From assembly GCA_002633005.1 (NCBI GenBank), contig NMRA01000218.1, positions 143,113 to 207,112 on the forward strand: a DNA stretch of 64,000 bases, written 5' to 3'. Position numbers and translations under genes: made by a program. The notes under the pieces were generated by a model. The model saw only the letters and a program-made list of their open reading frames with translations. It had not been told where the DNA came from and made no database searches. Of this stretch, positions 47,597 through 61,805 are shown piece after piece. The stretch comes from Phoronis australis (taxonomy: Eukaryota > Animalia > Phoronida). The number at the start of each line of letters is the position of its first letter. Position 1 is the first letter of the stretch.

Positions 47597-50500
47597 ATGA
47601 GTTTGGATTTAAGTGTTGATCTACCAGACCCTTTTGATGAGAATTGTTCCCAGAACAGCTTCACAGAAAAAGATATATCCTTGCAGCTTTTAGAACAGTC
47701 AACCAGATCGATTTTGAAGCCGTCGAACATCGACAATTTGATCGTTCTCAATACACCAGTACACAAAAACTTGAAGGTTGGTAACTCAATGATGTTGAAT
47801 TAAAGGCATGGAAATTTTGAGACATCCAGTTGAGAATACAGATAAAGTTTGAGTCTAATACTGGAATAAAAATTGCAAAAATTAGCGACGTTGCGTACGC
47901 ATCTCACGGACTTCAGCTTGGCTTGTGACGCTATCGTTATTCTGGCCAATTGGTGGCGTTTCGATCAGACGGCACGGCATTGACGTCAGAACACCATTCC
48001 ATACGTGTGACAAATCTAATCTTGAACTGCCTGATCTTTTATTTAAAGAGGGACGCTCAATGTGCTCACGGAGAGCTTCCTTTACACCCCTTCTGAACCA
48101 ATCTTCCTCAAAGTCTAGGATAGTGACATCATCAGTATTGAAATCATGTCCAGTGGTGCACAGGTGGCTAAAAATAGCTATTTTTTCCGTGAGATGTGGA
48201 CATAACGTCGCTAATTTTTGTATTGCTTTTATTCCAGTATTAGACTCTTACTTTAACTTTGTTCAAGACTCAAACTTTTTTTTATCTTTTTTCAAGAGTA
48301 TTTAGTCACGGGATCGATCTGACGTGATAACGATTATCAACAGTGTGTTTCTAAACTAGACAATTGCTTTCTTCTTTTACTGGTTATGTGTAAGAAAGTA
48401 AGCATTTTGTTTTTCCAGGGTTTTTCTAAGTATCTTAGAGCCATATAGTTACATATCTGGGCAACCTTCAAACTAGATTCCCAAAGATGAAGTTTGAATT
48501 GTATTTTATTTCACATAACCTTGACTTGCTCATTGCATGAATACGGGAAATATTTGAAAATCGGAGCTGCTTTAAATTAGTAAAAGCATAATAATCAACC
48601 ATTGTAACCTGCAGGTCTCGTTCGCACCCACACCAGCCAAGCCGACTCCGCTGCGTTGCTACGACGACATCCGTGTGCTTGACGAGGAAGAGAATTGGGT
48701 TGAGCGCACCTCTGTACTGACCAAACAGGAACACCTGGAATACCTGGATTGTGCCAGGCTGATACTGGAACAGTTGATTAGAGACTGCATCCCTCCGTAT
48801 GTAGCTGATATCACTAGTTAGGGTTATGTTTTGTTGTTTGTGCACCCACATATATGTGTGTGTGGGTGTGTGCGCATTATATAGTCATCCCCAACTGCCG
48901 TTCCTCCATGTATTTATTAATAAAAACTCTGGGAATTTCGATAGCAGATCTTAAAACTGCTGTTATAGTTTTCTAAATTATCTTTTTGTTTTGTACAATT
49001 TTCGATCTTTTTCTTTCGTGAAAATCCTGAAAGTCCAGTTTGTTGGTAGCCTTCATGCAAAAGTGGAACATTTTAGAAACAATTCCTCGTAGAACTGCAT
49101 GGTGAATGGTATCAGTAAATCTCACTTGGATCTGATCACCTGTTTCTGAGATTTGACGTCCTGAAATTGGCTAAATTTGAACATTTTTCTGGGGCTTTAC
49201 CTACCCTTAACTTGTCTACTTGCTAGCTATACTTTTTGACATCAGGCCATTTTTGAGGATCAGTCATGAGGCTACAATACCAAATTTGAAAACCAACCTA
49301 ATGCCAAAACAGAGATGACGGCAATGTGCACCCACGTACATAACACTCATTCCATGTGTGTCGAGTTATCTAAAGTCTTTTCTTTAAAGTTATGAAAAGT
49401 ATGTGTGTTGTACTTCACATTTACATTCCACTGAATCGCCATATAAGACAAAAATTGTTGCATTTTTTGCAATCTCTGCTTGCCTATTTCCTGGTAACAA
49501 GAAAAAACAATAGTTGATACATGTATTTAAAGACATCAATGATACCTAACATTGATTGTATTAATTATATTCTCGGTCAAAACAGTTTGTCACAGTCGAC
49601 AAAAATGTCCTCTGAGAAGTAATTCAGTTGCAAAATAATGGCATGGCCATGAAGACTTTTAATGTAATGGAGATCTTAATGTTTGATTTACATTTTCTGC
49701 ACAGGAGTAGTTCAATAGAAAGCAGCGAAGACAATCCTGCTCGGCCAATACAAACCAACGATAGTCCGGGTCAGCACCGTCTGTCGTTAGAACTAGCTGA
49801 AAACGGAACGCATTCAGAAGACTCGCTCCCTGACGCACAGTTCAACACTAGTACTGAATGCGTTCTGAGTGAATCTGTCGCCGACAATCCAGGTCAACCG
49901 ATTCAAACGGACAATCTCGTCCAGCACAATCTGTCAGTTGAAACTCTTGAAAACAAGCCACTCCCACAAGAGTCACTTCTGGACGCACAGTTCAACAGGA
50001 GCATTGGTTGCGATCTGAGCGTGTCCAGTACCACGTCAGAGTCTCTGCAGATCTGCTCAGAGTCTCCCGTAGCTATCAGCCAGGAGACTGCAGGCTCAGC
50101 CGCCATGTCTGACTCTCCGCCCTTACCGGCGCGAGGCGCCTACAACATAGACTGGGACAACTTTGATGAATCGGCATTCAATCCGTTCTCCACAGGGAAG
50201 GCCCTGTCCAACTCACCACCTCGCTCTGACCCATCAGAGGTAGCCACCAAGCCCGTAATTGATGAGAACGATAACACCCACACAGTGTCGCTGGAGTCAC
50301 CACCTCGCAAGGTGACTCCCACAAAGTAGGTACCTAGTCTTGGACTGCCCAGTTGTTCCAGCTTACGAGCTCAGTTGTTTCCATTGGCAATGAGCAAGAA
50401 AATTTTGGCTGCTTTGTTTTCATTTCACTGCACAGTTTGTGTAGCACTGATTTTCAACAACTCATCTTGAAGCCAACTTTGAGCAGTTACACGTAGGATT

Positions 50501-53500
50501 CTGTCCCCTGTTGCATGAAACGGTCCTAAATATGGACTAATCCAAATATAAATCCACTGTATTTGTAGACTTGTGAAAAACAGCGATTGTTTTGTCTTAT
50601 GCTGCTTTCTATACAAAGTTTGGATTTGCTACAAACTGAGAGTGAACTCTGTGCTGAATTCTCAAAGTTTTTGAAAGTAGTTAGGAATCTTTTCATGCAA
50701 CGTCTATAATTTAAGACTAAGTTCCTATTTATTATTATTATTGAACAAAGGTCTCAATTTTTAGGTATATTATTAGACAATGTCATCAGTTGAGAAGATG
50801 AGTTCATGTTAAAGATGAAATGAGAGAAAAAGATTACATATGAAATGCTACCAAAGAACAACAGTAATATGCAAAATATGTATTGAACAAAGTTGAGTCC
50901 TATTTGGCAGTTTTGTGCGACTGGGCACTGGTTCATACCGAATGTTTAGAGTACCACTCTAAGCACATGGATGCTATGAAATCGCCAAATGTAAGGAATA
51001 GTTAAGCGTATTGATTTACTTTTGTCTATGTTACCTAAAGAATCCTACTCCTAGGTTGTTCTATTCAAAACTCTATTCAAAACAGATAGTTTTGACTTTT
51101 CAATGTTTATTCTGTGTCCTTGTGATGCAATTTGAAACAAAAAAAGTAGTTTTTATGATCGTTTATCAGATGAAGTGACTTGGTAGGAGTTATTAAGGTG
51201 TTTCCTTGCTGTCCTAAAACTCTGGGGCAATCTGGTTAGGGCAATACATCTACGTGTAAAACTAAAAAATAAAGAAATGTAATAAAAAAAATGCCAGCAG
51301 GTGTTAATTGTGCAAACACTGTGTCGTTGCGGTTTTAATAGACAAGAATGCTGATGTTATTTCTGTATTTATTCTGGAGAATCAGCTGCTTTACTGAAAA
51401 TGCAACATATGTTTGTTAACACTGTTTGTTTAGTTCTCTCAGCTATTGATTGCGGCAAGGCCGCCCAGCTTGCACGCAGGCATTACAAAAAACCGGCTAC
51501 CAGCCGTGGGTCTGTTTATGTAGAGGACTCGTGCCTGAAGAATATATACAATTGTTGGAATATCATAGGTAATCCTAGCGAGGGAATAGTGTCGCTGTGT
51601 ACTATTTTGTCCGCGTATAAATATAACTAGGGCAGTTTTCTGAAGAGGTAAAATAATCAAGAGTTTTGGTGAAGGGATGTGTCAAGGAAATCTGTTATGG
51701 AAAATTGGGAGTGAATTATTGATCCGTAATTTTGCAGATTTTTATTAAGTCTTGTGCAAGTTATATCAATAGTCCGTGTCGATGATGTCTGGTCACCAAG
51801 AGTGGGTCAGTGTTACAAATTTGTTGATGTTGACGCATTTTGCTTTCAGGAAATCTCCCAAAAAGAAGAAAACAAAGTCGTCTCCAGCAAAACAGGTCTG
51901 ATTTCTTTTTGGTTGATATCTGTTTTCCTTGTTCGTTTGTTGCGCTTGTAAATCGAGTGCGTAAGTTCATAAATTCGGCCTAATAAAAAAGTATGTGTGC
52001 TGAAGGTTGTCAACAGGTCAAGTGTGCAATAAAGTTTGGGAGCTGTGAACCTGATCATGCGTTGTTCTTTGCGACACGTTCGATTCAGTTTCTCTGTCAT
52101 GTAACTTAAGGATTAGCTTTGAGCACTGTTCAGGTGTACCCAATCATTCCCTTGATGGAGATTGTTGCAGGCGGTCATCAAATGTTTGCCGTATCACCGC
52201 GACAATATTTTTGTTGTTAGTACGGGGAAGCTTAACTTGTGCTGTTACTTGACTTGCTATCTCGACAGCCAGTTTCTTTGAAGCCCTCTCCAGAAAATGT
52301 TTAAAGGGCTTAGCAGGTTCTTATTTTGTTCTGATTACGTTGGCTGTTCTCTCATCGTTCAGGTACCTAAAGAGATTGTGGCTCCAGTGAATCCTGTGGA
52401 GGTCATGTCTGCAGTGAGTCTTGAAGATGCCGAGGCCCCAGCTCAGCACGATCCTCCTTTGGGAGATTCCAGTGAGGTATCGACGGGACACATCCAGGAA
52501 CATCCTGCCGTGGAGGCTCCTGGTGGTGATTCAGAAATAAAAGACAGTTCTCTGGTTGGTTGTGCCGAGCAAAAACCAGCTCTAGAAGGATATACGTGCA
52601 CCCCAGTGAGTTCTTCGGATGACACAGACAGTGGCATTGTGTTTAAGGTGCCCGCCGTTCTTGAACTGCCGTCAGTCGGCGATGGTGATACTGCACCGGG
52701 CTATGTGGATGGTCAGAAGGGGATTGTAAAGCAACGGGAGTCTCCCGAGGAGAACTACGACACTGCCGAGGAGGGAATGGATGATTTTGATGAGGAGTTC
52801 AAGCCAGCGTCAGAAGGTAATGTGATATGCGGGATGTCAGAGGTCAAGCTTGTGGGTGTTACTATAAATCATGGCATTCCATTCTATTATTTTCGTCCAA
52901 GTTATGCGCATTTTCCAGTACTTCGTTGAAACTTCTATTGTAATTTTGTGACTTTCCAAAATGTTGTATGCTGTAAGGTAGTTCAAAGCAATAAATTCTT
53001 GAACACCCAGTGTATCTTGTAGTTCAGTAGGTAAAGCCAACTTCTGACAGTCTTAGGATGTGACATGGATTGGCTTGAGGGAGACTCTTCTGTTTTGCCA
53101 CCCATGTTTTACACTATTCTGAATTCATTGAATGTGTTTTGTTTCGTGAAGGAATGCCAGGCTTTGTACTAGTGGTCGATAGTCTTTTTTCCTGTTGCAG
53201 TATTTGGAGATGCTGCTGCGTTTGACATGCTAGAAAAGTTTGGCGGTGGTGACGGGGTAAGTATTTCATATTTCCATTGAACTGTTAACGCTGCATTTTG
53301 TCCTGTTTATCTGGTTAAATCAATCTCATTAGGCCCTTTACTCTCATCAAAGTTGATCTTGTAATATTCCTTACCATGATAGGATTCTAATTACAAATAC
53401 CATCCGAAATGCAAAGAGCTCCTCAGAGTCTATTGGATTGGGATTGTCCAACTCTAAATTTGTGAATTTGAAAATGTACGTGTTGCTGTGACTTGAGTTG

Positions 53501-55756
53501 ACTATTCCGATAGCAAGACTTCATGATTGGATGAATGTGGTAATGATTTAAACCCCCAAGCACTTTGGTAGAGTTCATCGTTTTCAGCTAAGCAGTGGTG
53601 AAACTACCCCTTGAATCCATAGTATGCTACGTAAATAAATTGAAAGCAATGCTTTGCGTAAGCGACGTCTTGTTAGCATTTTCTACAGTGCTTTTAAGAA
53701 TGGCTGAGCTGTTGAAATTAACACTTTCCTGGTCTAAATTTTACCACAACGTACTACATCACAAATTTATTGTTCAAGGGAACCACCTTTTCTAGGAGTT
53801 TTGAAACCCAAATCCCCACCTAGTTCACACCCGAAGCCAAAGTAACAGTTGCCCTAAACATGAAATTTTGTAACTGATCTAATTTTTTCCAAATATGCCA
53901 AGTAAACAAGCATTGGAATCACGTGACATTTTATGGCTGACCTATTTTTTCCATATTTGGCATGTATTCAGTGCCAAATGAGGAAACTCGAATCACTCAG
54001 TGATGGAATTTCACCGGAAGTCGAAGTATTCTGGAATTTATTTCATGCAAACTAGTTAATACATAGCCAACATTTGACACAAGATAAGTTTTTTAGGAAA
54101 TTTACTCTGCATCGTCCCGTGGTTTAGTACGTCGTTTGGCCTTGGCAGTCAATGGCTTGCAGAGTGTTTTTGACTGGCAGTTTTTCAATCGTTCCATTTG
54201 CTAAAGTTTGGATGGCACGAGCAAATAGAGTTGAGGCATAGATTTTTCTAGTTTCCATCTTCAAAGACTTTGATGTCATTCGTAGGGCAGCTCAGTCCTA
54301 GAAGTTTGACAGTTATATTCAACACGTATTTTCAAATTGCATACGTAGCTGCTCGAATACACATGTCGATTAGAGTGCGCAAATTTAACTTTCGCATCGG
54401 CAATTCGGCTTTCGGTTACGCCAAATTCCTTGACGTTCGGATCTTTGTACTACAATTTCAAAGGTCGTGGGTGACCAAGGACACTGTCTAGCTTTAGTGA
54501 TCAGGTAGCTTTTCATAGCAGCTTTAAATTCATCCGTCTTTCACGTTTATGCCATGCAGAGCCAGCCATCCAAGTTATCACGTGAGTCGCTTTACGTCAA
54601 GTTCGACCCTCTGGTCGGAGGCACGGTAGCCAACACCAACACTTCCATTCCCGCGCCTGTGGCAGTGCCGCCCTCTCTTCTGAAGACGCTGGAGACATTA
54701 CAGGAAAAGTAAGTTAATTGTCACTTGGCGTAAGACTGTATGCAAGTTGTATGCATGATTGACAACCTGATGGGGAAGTCACCGAGCAGTGCACGCCTCT
54801 TAGTATAATGGGAAGTTCCCATATGCGACCAAACAATGTTCTCAAGAGGCCAAACGGGAAACGAGTTTGCCGAAATGAGAACACCCCAAATATGATGCGG
54901 CAAAAGTCATGACTTTTACACAGTTGCACTAATTGAAAAAAACATGAGATGCAAAATTGAAAAACTGGTGAACTGAGAAAGTGTCAACCTGAATATCTGA
55001 GAATGTCTGGACAGAAAGTTTGGTGTTTAAGGTGTGTTTGGTAACAGCCCCTTTCCCCTTCCCATCCAAATGTCCAGAACAGGCTTTCCTCATATTGAGG
55101 GGAGAAAAGCTGATGTGCCACATGTAGTCTGTGCATGAGCCGTGAATGGGCCCTTCTGGTTTATACCAAACAGTTCCACGTTTTGTTCGTTTACTTCATG
55201 TTGTATATTGAGCGCATGTTCAGATGTGTGCGGGGCAACTTCGTGGTGACATGGGATTTTTACCAGGTCACCAAACAAAATCTTAGGTGGCATAGGTGAC
55301 CTGTAGGTCAGTAAATCGAATCCTTGTTGACCTTTTGGAGCAGTGTGCAGAACTCCAACCCTCACGTCACGGTTAGCAGATGGCGCTATGAGTGTCAAGA
55401 TGCATTGATGGACCTGACGGGCTCAACGTAGTGTGTACAAAAATGCTTATTTTCTCTGCAAACACTTGCGCATTAATAGTGTGTCCTGTATTACTGGTTC
55501 TGCATTTGATGTCTTCTTTTCTAACGGCAGAACATTTTAAAAGTTAATGGGATTGTTTAGTATTCTTGTTTTCTCCGTGTTACTGGTCTGGTCACATATC
55601 AGTCTTCACTTTAATGCTAACCTTTTGCCATCTAGCGATGACCTACTTCTGATGAATACTCCAGAGAAGACGCCAGCCAAACCTCACGTCGAGCGGGACA
55701 TAGCCAACAAAACCATAGACCGGCTGTTTGATATCAGCCCTGCCCATCCCAACCAG
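47597..55756 (+). CDS. TACC: Transforming acidic coiled-coil (TACC) protein, 5' 603 aa; exons 47597-47776, 48615-48796, 49705-50325, 51850-51895, 52363-52816, 53201-53256, 54560-54708, 55636-55756; coiled-coil TACC domain presumably beyond the window
   Basis: Phase-consistent GT-AG exons. TACC hallmarks: SILKPSNIDN..KVSF (TACC3 N-terminus); GAYNIDWDNFDESAFNPF (SDP-type motif); EEFKPASE..FDMLEKFG..SRESLYVKFDPL (compare human TACC3 LEQFG..RKQSLYLKFDPL). Acidic and Ser/Pro-rich composition. Confidence 0.9.
47851..48247. mobile_element. MITE
   Basis: TIRs gagtctaatactggaataaaa..aaaaattagcgacgtt / aacgtcgctaattttt..ttttattccagtattagactc. Confidence 0.8.
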
Positions 55757-56477
55757 GTGAGTGGTCCCTCTTCGTACCTGTTGTATCCAACGTGTGGATG
55801 CTTTGTGCGATCTAATGAAAAAACCTCTGGTATTTATTTAGTTTTCAAAACAGTTGATAAGGCTCTTAGCAGTGAACTTCACTAGTATTGCGGAGCAGAA
55901 GTTCACTTGTTGATAGTTTATTCTTGTCTTGCTCAAATTAAAATGGGGACATTATCGGCAATACTTCACTAATACCTTAGGCCCTAGGGCACCTTTGAAA
56001 TTCCACGTTGTTATGTCGGATTCTGAAAGTAAGCCTACATAAACTCTTAGCTAAGTTCTTGAGATTTACATCAAAAACAATTTGATAGTAGTATTGGTGC
56101 TGTTATTGAGTTATGATCATTCCTCGATTTTTCACTGAATTAAGCTTGAAGACACGGTAATGGAACACAGTGGCAGATCTGTATTAAAAATACACACAAT
56201 TAGATTTTACACCTATTCTATCACCTAAATCATACAAATTCTCAGCGATTGCAACGTTTTTTTAGAGTTAAACTGCTGATGTATTTTTCATAACTTCATC
56301 TGGATCTTTACGTGAAATTCTTGTCCCTCGACAGATGATAATCTATGCATGAATCGTTTGTGCGTGACGTATTAATTATTGTCTTTCCCGAACGCTTTGA
56401 GGTGGAGATGCGGTAATGTCATTTCTAAAATCTATTGTTCTATTTACACTAACCTATATACATTCAAAATTAATGGA

Positions 56478-56620
56478 CGTCTCAGTGGTGTAGTTGTTGG
56501 AATACTGGACTGACAATCTAAAGGCCCCTAGTTCAATCCCAGCTTGTGCCAAGAAAAAAGAAAGAAGTGCTTACCATGAATGTTCCAAGCACCTGTGCTT
56601 GTTCTTCTAAGAATGTTGTA
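56478..56620 (+). mobile_element. tRNA-derived SINE head (degenerate)
   Basis: Box A-like gtggtgtagttg and box B-like tagttcaatccc, with no intact cloverleaf. Confidence 0.4.
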
Positions 56621-59600
56621 ACACTTGAAGCTGGCCGGAGAAGTGACCAATCGAAATGTGCCAATGAATGTAAATATGCTTGCGGTTTGTGTAATAGACC
56701 AATAGATTTTAGAAGTGATATCATTTATTCTTTGGTTATGGTTTCCTGCCTCTGGGCAGATATGCTTATGGAAGATGTTTATTTTTGTCTGAGAACCATT
56801 GCTGAGTTTTTAATTAGTGAGTTTTGTTCAATGTTGTGAGCTAACTTGTAAACAATGTTTATGAAAACCAGGACATCGGTGAATATTCAGTGGTTGTTGG
56901 CTGCATCAGCACTCTAAGACCAGTTTTGTTTGAATGGCTTCTGCTTGGACAATTGAGTGTGAAGGCATGGGGATAATAGACAGTTTATTTTTTCTTTCAA
57001 TAAAAAGCAGGGCTGCCACCTATTGAAGATTTATCCATATTCTACGTACTTGCAGGGGCCAAAAAATCACTGCGTGTAGATTTTTTTATTTCCCTTCAAA
57101 AAAAAACTTCAGATGAAAATTAAAAATATCTTTAAAATTGTTAGCGCTTCAAATCAAGAGATCAGCGTAGATCGATGCAGGAAATACTGGAAAATGATGG
57201 AAAATGTCGAGAATGTAAGATTCGACCAATAAGACACGTCCTGAGATAGCTGTGTTGAATGTAATTTGCATATGTACAAAATTTTCCTTTTGTGGTTAGA
57301 GTTTTTGTGAACAACTGACAGATGGAAAATGCGCTTACTTGGTTTTGCATTATGGGTTGTCGAATGCTTTGGAATTCGAGTTAATATGTCGAGAGCGAAA
57401 TTTCGAGGATGAGTATACCGATGAAATAGATTAAGTTTAGAAACTGGGAATGGAATTAACCGTGTTTGATCACGCTGTCTTCAACACTGAGTAGCGTGGA
57501 TCAAGAATTACGAGATATTGGGATTTGTGGGGCTGTGGTTACGTGGGAAAAGATAAACCATGCCGACAGCAAGGGCTAAAAAAATGATGTGATAAATTAT
57601 TGTGTAATGTTGCTTTTTAGTTAAACACGATTTGAATTTGAAAATTTTTTTTGTGTGTATTGATCCATCTTGTAATTATAAATTAAAACTTTCTGAAAAT
57701 GATGGAAATCTTAAAAGTTTTCACTTTCAAAATATGGATTTTTAACATGAAAGTTACAGATTTTGTCCTTAATGGGTTGGCAGCCCTGAAAATGTATACC
57801 CTCGTGCCCCATAATGTCAGTGAAAATATTCTGCAAGTACATGAATATAGTTCTACTGGGAACTAACGATGTTGTAGTCCCAAATATACCCAGGTGTGCA
57901 GTTTCATTTGACATGTCGACATACTGATGCGCTAAGCTGGAAAGCATCTAAATGAAATATTTCTTTATTTTGTGCAGTATTTTATTTTTTGGAATTCAGC
58001 GGAGTTCATAGTACCTGAATGAGAAGGGCTTATCCTGTGATGCAGTGCAAAGTCTGAAAGAACTATGTCATTTATCTCCAGTTGAACTTTATTTTGCCAA
58101 TTTTCCTGTATTTGGTGTCTTGAAAAGGAAACGGCAATTCCTTTAGTTCAAAAGCATCGTTAGTTCCTTTGTGACACCCTGTATGCACTATCAGTGACTG
58201 AGTATGCATTCCCATAAGGGCACCAGTAAACTGTTTGATAGTGCATTCTGAGTATTTACACAAGAGGGTGCTACTGTCTGTTTGTGACCTAGATTATTTG
58301 ACCTACATTATGCTGTCTGCTCAATATTGTTGACATTTATTGATCTGCTTTGCTTGGAACTCATTACTAGTAGTCCATTTTCTTATTGGGAATGTAACAT
58401 TGGGAGTCAAGGTAGGAATGTTTTATAGTTGGCAACTATGCACCGGTTGACTGTGAGCAGTTTGGGCGTTCTTTTTATTATTATACGTCCTCTTGGGTCA
58501 GATCTTCTCAATCTTGATCGCATTACAAGTCTTTCATCAATGTATTAACAGATATGTGTAGAGTATGAACTAAAACTACCAGTGTAGCAACTATCTCAGG
58601 GCGCTTAGCAACCAACTCAAGCTTTTAAGCCTTGTAAGGCTGTGATTTGTTATATATACATCAGCGTCCAGTTAGGAATTTTAAATCAATGAAAATGCTG
58701 TTAAATTGTCTTCCTCCACCCAGATCCTAGTACTGTTGAATGTGTTCTTTCCAGCTGTGTTGCTGATGATAATTGCTGCATACAAAATTCATAGTGTCCT
58801 GTGCTCTCATTTAACTAATTGACTATTTATAATGTCAACAGTTGGATTATTTATTGACTCTGTTTCAAAATCAGTTCTTGTGAATGAAGAATGTTTTGGT
58901 GCCTAGTTATGTATGGTGAAGTGTTCTCCATGTCTGAAAATCTAAACAAGTCTTACATAACCAAACTGAGACCTGTTTTGTGATCTTTGTATGTGGGCTT
59001 AATAAATAATTTGTTTACTGGACAGAATGCTGGCTTATGCAGCCACTTTAATAATACCTACAAATGCAGACAAAAACGTGCATACTGTTCTACTATAACC
59101 TTGCATAATTAAGTGAAGTGAAATAATTAGCTTGAGTGAGTTGTAGTTTGGTGTTGGGTTTGTAAACATTAACTGATTAGTTGTTTTTGTCCTGTGTGAC
59201 ATTTCAAGTCTGGCTTTTTGCTGCAAAGTTGGATGAAAAATTCAAGTAAGCGTTAGTTTTCTGTGATGTGGGTTATGTCATTGCTCGCTTTGATCTATTA
59301 TTTTTCTTGTGTGCTTAATTGGTTTGAAGAATGTTGGCAGACCTAGTATGTCTGGGTGTACAGAGATTTGTCTAGATATTGCATGTTTTGGTTTCTAATT
59401 GACCAGCCCAGTTTATAGTAAGTCCCTCGAATGATCGATCTTTCTTTTTAAGAATGAAAGGCATAACTGTAAAGAAATCATTAAGTATTCGATAACTTTT
59501 GAAGTCTGTATTGATTTTGCGTGACATGCCGGTATACAAATCAAGTTAATCTCAGATATCTGACAAGAGCTGTACACCTTGACAAGCTGTTGCTGGAGTT

Positions 59601-60009
59601 TACACTGTGCACAGCTTGATGCCCAATCTCCAAATGCCCCCAGCCAAAATTCCCAGGTTGCCATGTGGAAATGAGGATCACCAAAATCAGACAAGCTGGT
59701 AGTGGCGGAATAAAACCTGCAATATATATAAGCGTCCAAAGAAACCATTCGCACTTTTGGCATTTTTGAATGCTGCATGGCTCATTTTGTCCTTGTTATA
59801 CTCCATTCAAAAGCATCTATGATCATCTGTCCTGGTTTGGCCTTGCCCATTTTTGTTGGTACATTCCTTTTTTGGGTTGATGGGTGACTCCGGTGCTAAA
59901 CAAAATCTGAGGTCCCGATGTGTTATACTGTAATTGCTAGAATGTGCTGATTATCTTTTGCAACTGTGAAAGTCCCTCAGTTTGTAGAGTGTGATCCACA
60001 CACTGATAA

Positions 60010-60117
60010 TTGTAGAACAAGTTACTCCTGGAACGAGTTACCACTAGGTTTGGAGGCCCTGTGGACGCTATTCAAACTAGTGCAACTTACTCCAGTTGTG
60101 ACAACTTGCTCTACAAT
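60010..60117. repeat. Short imperfect palindrome / mini-MITE
   Basis: ttgtagaacaagtt..ctggaacgagtt.cactag pairs with ctagtgcaacttactccag..aacttgctctacaa. Confidence 0.6.
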
Positions 60118-61805
60118 CCACTATATCATATCGAGGTAGGGTAACTTGGTGTAGGGTAACTTGCCATACTTCTAATGGCTGTGTGGTCACAATCTGGGAA
60201 CGAGACTGAAGTAACTATCTGCTGCCATTGGCATCAGCTGTTCCTTGTCATGCACAGAGCAACATCTTCTGCCTTACCCCAGTTATAGCATGTGTCTGCC
60301 TTACCCCAGTTATCACATGTGTGTGTGTGTGTGTGTTTATGGACCCTCCACCTTAAAAGGGAGCAAGTTGCACTATAGTGCAAGTTGTAGTGTAGGCAGT
60401 GTGTGGACAGGACTTAAGTGTGCAGCCAGTTGTTTGGGTCAATAATTGCAATAGGATTAATATCCCAAGCTGAAGACAGTTGCACATTATGACCACAATA
60501 TTCAGTCACAGGTGATGAGTCATGTCAGTGCAGCTTGAGAAATTCTAGATGTGTGTGGTTGTGAGACTACTCACTGCTGGATGCCTGTCTGGCTTCCCTA
60601 AATCAGGTCTGTGTAAATTAATTTAAACTTGCAATCAAATCTGAATTGCTTTCTTTATGAATTGTGTGTTTGTACTGTGGACTGTGACTCTGAGCGGAGT
60701 TCACTGGTTTAAAATCTAGAAGCAATTTGCGTGATCATATAAGTTTTCCATGTTAAGGTGAAGTGATTTTACATAGTGATGAAAAGTAGACTAGGTCTAC
60801 TCAATTTCAATTGTCTTCCTTGTGTAATGTGTATTGGTATGTGTATGTACTGGTACACCATTATTGATTAATAGTCAACTTTTTGGATGCTTTGCCTTGC
60901 ATTGGTTGATGTTATGAGATATGGTAGAATAGTTCTTCACTTGTTATCACACCACGTGGCCAACTAGTGAAATTTCTGTAAAATTTCTCCACAAAAATAT
61001 AGGTTAAGAAAGTGTGTGTATACTGTGTAAATTTATCTAAACATCATTCAACAAAGAATGGACTCACCGGAGACAGCCCAAGAGTTGTTATCTCTGCGGC
61101 GAAGGATGTTAAAGTTGAGTCCCGATGAGTTGCCAGCAGTCACTGGTACTGTGCGCGGCTTTAGACGCTCTGCGGCTGGGTTAAAGATCTTTTATAGGTC
61201 TAACTATCCCCAATTCCCGTACCAGTCACACAACAGTGCTTGTAAGGTTTTCCATTGTTGTTCTAATGTAATCTGCTTTTAAAAATGGGAAAGTGACAGT
61301 TTTGATAATAATTTTTTTTTCGAAGTAAGTGGAAAATTACTATGTGTCTTAAGTTGAGGATCTGACTTTTGAGAAAAATGAATTTTGAATTGACTTTTTC
61401 CCTGGATCAGAGCACAGAACCATATTCTAATAGCCAACCTCACTGACATTGACAAGTCCGCGTGTTTAGCCAGTTATCTACAGAACTCTAGATTTTAACT
61501 TGGGACCAGCGTTTGGCATATTGCCAGTCTGTCACGTTCAGTCTGTCACGTTTAGAAAAAATTATCCAAAAAGAAAGGTACTTTGATAGCAAATCAATGG
61601 TCAATAACATGATCATTTTTCATGTAAATGTTCAAGAGGAGATCTCATCTCAAAAACGCTGTTACAACTTTCTAAAATGTCATTTCATTCTATGTATTTT
61701 TTCGTGAAAACCTTAATTAGTCCCATTTTTGACAGCCCGTCATGCAAAAGAGAACATAAAATTGCAGCAGCATTTCGGAAAACAGTGCATAGGGCATAGC
61801 ACAAT

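Noticed and set aside
48468-48851. 127-aa minus-strand ORF
   Set aside because: It is the antisense shadow of the TACC exon at 48615-48796.
56478-56550. tRNA gene
   Set aside because: Only degenerate A/B boxes are present, with no consistent cloverleaf or oligo-T terminator. Treated as a SINE head.
60268-60336. Short duplication ctgccttaccccagttat plus a (TG)n run
   Set aside because: Ordinary slippage or microsatellite.
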